Origin: an uncultured Gammaproteobacteria bacterium | GTDB taxonomy: Bacteria > Pseudomonadota > Gammaproteobacteria > GCA-002705445 > GCA-002716945 | Direction of reading: 5' to 3' | DNA: 64,000 nt | Assembly: GCA_913045115.1 (NCBI GenBank) | Contig: CAJWPJ010000001.1 | Location: forward strand, 7,415-71,414 | Shown here: positions 62,521 to 64,000 of the stretch, piece by piece | Numbering within the stretch: the first letter of the stretch is position 1 | How the letters are laid out: each line of letters opens with the position of its first letter | Made by a program: the position numbers and the translations under genes | Notes under the pieces: generated by a model | Told to the model about the DNA's origin: nothing | Seen by the model: only the letters and a program-made list of their open reading frames with translations | Databases searched by the model: none

Positions 62521-63529
62521 CCTTGATCAAATAGTATCTTCCCTGAAAGATAAGAAAAATTTATCAAAAGATGAATCATTTTATATCTCAGAAAAAATGT
62601 TTGAGGGCGCGCTATCTGATTCTGAGATAAAAGATATCTTAATCTTGCTCAATGAAAAAGGGATTGCCACTGCAGAAGTAGTTGGATTTGCTCAGGCTAT
62701 GCGTCAAATATCAACTAAAGTTTCTACTGATGAAAAAGTAATTGATTGTTGTGGTACAGGTGGAGATGGATTGAATACTTTCAATATATCTACATGCGCT
62801 GCTTTTATTGCTGCAGCGTCAGGAGCCAAGGTTGCAAAACATGGGAATAAAGCCATAACAAGTAAGTCAGGAAGCGCTGATTTACTTCATGATGCAGGCG
62901 CTAAGCTGGATTTGTCACCCGAGCAAGTCAGTGAGTGTATTAAAAATATAAATTTTGGATTCATGTTTGCTCCGCTTCATCATAAGGCTATGAAAAACGT
63001 AGCAGCATCAAGAAAAAGTATAGCTCCAAACAAAACTATATTTAATATGCTTGGTCCAATCACTAATCCTGCAAACGCACAATTACAAATTATTGGAGTA
63101 TTTGATAAAGATGCTATGCAACTTATTGCAGATGCATTATTAGAACTAGAGACTTCAAGGGCAATAGTTCTTACCTCAAGGGATGGCATGGACGAGGCTA
63201 GTATTTATACTCAAACTGATGTCATAGAAATTAATGCTGGCAAAAAAATTGAATATGCTATTGATCCGAGAGAATATGGTATATCAGGGAAAGATATCTA
63301 TAGCATCAAAACCAATGATGATAAGAGCAGCCTTGATATCATATTTAGTGTAATAAATAACGATGAATCTGATGCAAAAGAAATATGCATACTTAATGCA
63401 GCTCTATCTGTCATGTTATATAAAGATATTGAACTAGGTGATGCTATCAATGAGTGTAGAAAATCAGTAGAAGAATACTTAGTGAGAGATAAATTTAACC
63501 AATATGTTGATTATACTAATCAGGTTTAA
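62513..63529 (+). CDS. trpD: anthranilate phosphoribosyltransferase
   Basis: CGTGGDG, KHGN and the rest of the TrpD signature. Confidence 0.9.
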   Translation: MFNLDQIVSSLKDKKNLSKDESFYISEKMFEGALSDSEIKDILILLNEKGIATAEVVGFAQAMRQISTKVSTDEKVIDCCGTGGDGLNTFNISTCAAFIAAASGAKVAKHGNKAITSKSGSADLLHDAGAKLDLSPEQVSECIKNINFGFMFAPLHHKAMKNVAASRKSIAPNKTIFNMLGPITNPANAQLQIIGVFDKDAMQLIADALLELETSRAIVLTSRDGMDEASIYTQTDVIEINAGKKIEYAIDPREYGISGKDIYSIKTNDDKSSLDIIFSVINNDESDAKEICILNAALSVMLYKDIELGDAINECRKSVEEYLVRDKFNQYVDYTNQV

Positions 63530-63534
63530 TGCTT

Positions 63535-64000
63535 ATGCTGGATGAAATTATCAAGAAAAAACATAGAGAAATAGCTCAGCTGAAGTCATCACTTGATATT
63601 TCTAAAATAGACTTATCATCCATTAAAAAGCCATTTTACAAAACCCTATTGGCTCGTCAGAACTCTAAAAAAAATTCTATTATCGCAGAGATTAAAAAGA
63701 AATCTCCAAGTAAAGGGATACTGAGTAATGATCTAGATGTCTCGAAAAAAGCAAAAGAATATGAAGAGGGAGGCGCGAGCTGTTTATCTGTTTTAACAGA
63801 GAAAGATTACTTCAACGGAGCTGTAGATGACTTGCTAGTCGCGAAAAGGTCCGTCTCTCTCCCTGTACTAAGAAAAGATTTTATTATTGACCCATTACAA
63901 GTATACGAGAGCAAAATGATAGGTGCAGACTGTATATTACTTATTGCTTCAGCCCTTTCCGATCAATTATTTGAAGAACTACACTCATTGGCTACTTCGC
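63535..64000 (+). CDS. trpC: indole-3-glycerol phosphate synthase (3-prime partial, runs off window end)
   Basis: An open frame from ATG at 63535 to the window end. IIAEIKKKSPSKG and LSVLTEKDYFNG are IGPS N-terminal motifs. It follows trpD as expected. Confidence 0.85.
   Translation, partial: MLDEIIKKKHREIAQLKSSLDISKIDLSSIKKPFYKTLLARQNSKKNSIIAEIKKKSPSKGILSNDLDVSKKAKEYEEGGASCLSVLTEKDYFNGAVDDLLVAKRSVSLPVLRKDFIIDPLQVYESKMIGADCILLIASALSDQLFEELHSLATS

Noticed and set aside
1-64000. Search for CRISPR arrays, IS elements, integrases, phage genes, toxin-antitoxin or defence-system signatures
   Set aside because: I found no spaced direct repeats, transposase or integrase motifs, or compositionally distinct segments. 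Every long ORF has a confident housekeeping assignment. The window appears to be core chromosome, so no novel multi-gene system is claimed.

Overview
This 64 kb window is a gene-dense, AT-rich stretch of a proteobacterial chromosome. G+C is judged by eye to be roughly one-third of bases, not computed. About 97% of it is coding, and adjacent genes overlap by 4 to 30 nt at most junctions. I call about 78 CDS and one tRNA, almost all recognisable housekeeping genes.

- **Heme:** hemD (partial), hemC, hemB, hemF.
- **Arginine:** argH, argB.
- **Lysine:** lptM-lysA-methyltransferase-dapF-xerC.
- **Proteolysis, repair and neighbours:** hslVU, ridA, recG, ubiC.
- **Cytochrome c maturation:** ccmA, ccmB, ccmC.
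- **Other core genes:** rraA, ampG, xthA, pyrE, argB-algC-dut-coaBC-bioF-bioB-ubiA, aroE, tsaC, topA, def-fmt-trkAH, lpxL-like, pip.
- **Histidine and Tat:** hisBHAF-hisE-tatABC.
- **Sigma factor and stress:** msrA, rpoD.
- **Central carbon metabolism:** tkt-gap-pgk-pyk-fba (class I aldolase).
- **Biotin, purine, pentose, tryptophan:** bioD, purC, pseudoazurin, rpe, trpEGDC (trpC partial).

The gene order closely matches Pseudomonas-type gammaproteobacteria: lptM-lysA-dapF-xerC, hslVU-DUF971, dut-algC-argB, crc/xthA next to pyrE, hisE-tatABC, aroE-hemF, def-fmt-trkA, rpe-trpE-trpGDC. I therefore infer a streamlined marine gammaproteobacterium.

I found no transposases, integrases, phage genes, CRISPR arrays or recognisable defence or toxin systems, so this looks like an ordinary core region. 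The most notable items are:

- A lone formaldehyde-activating-enzyme (Fae) homolog, with no other H4MPT-pathway genes in view.
- An unannotated 42-aa LptM-type lipoprotein ORF.
- An argH-coupled pair of small unknown proteins, one secreted and one cytoplasmic, with a strong terminator.
- A SAM-methyltransferase wedged inside the lysA-dapF operon.
- A ccm locus fragmented and inverted.
- A tRNA(CAT) sitting 6 nt upstream of a DUF3050-like gene.
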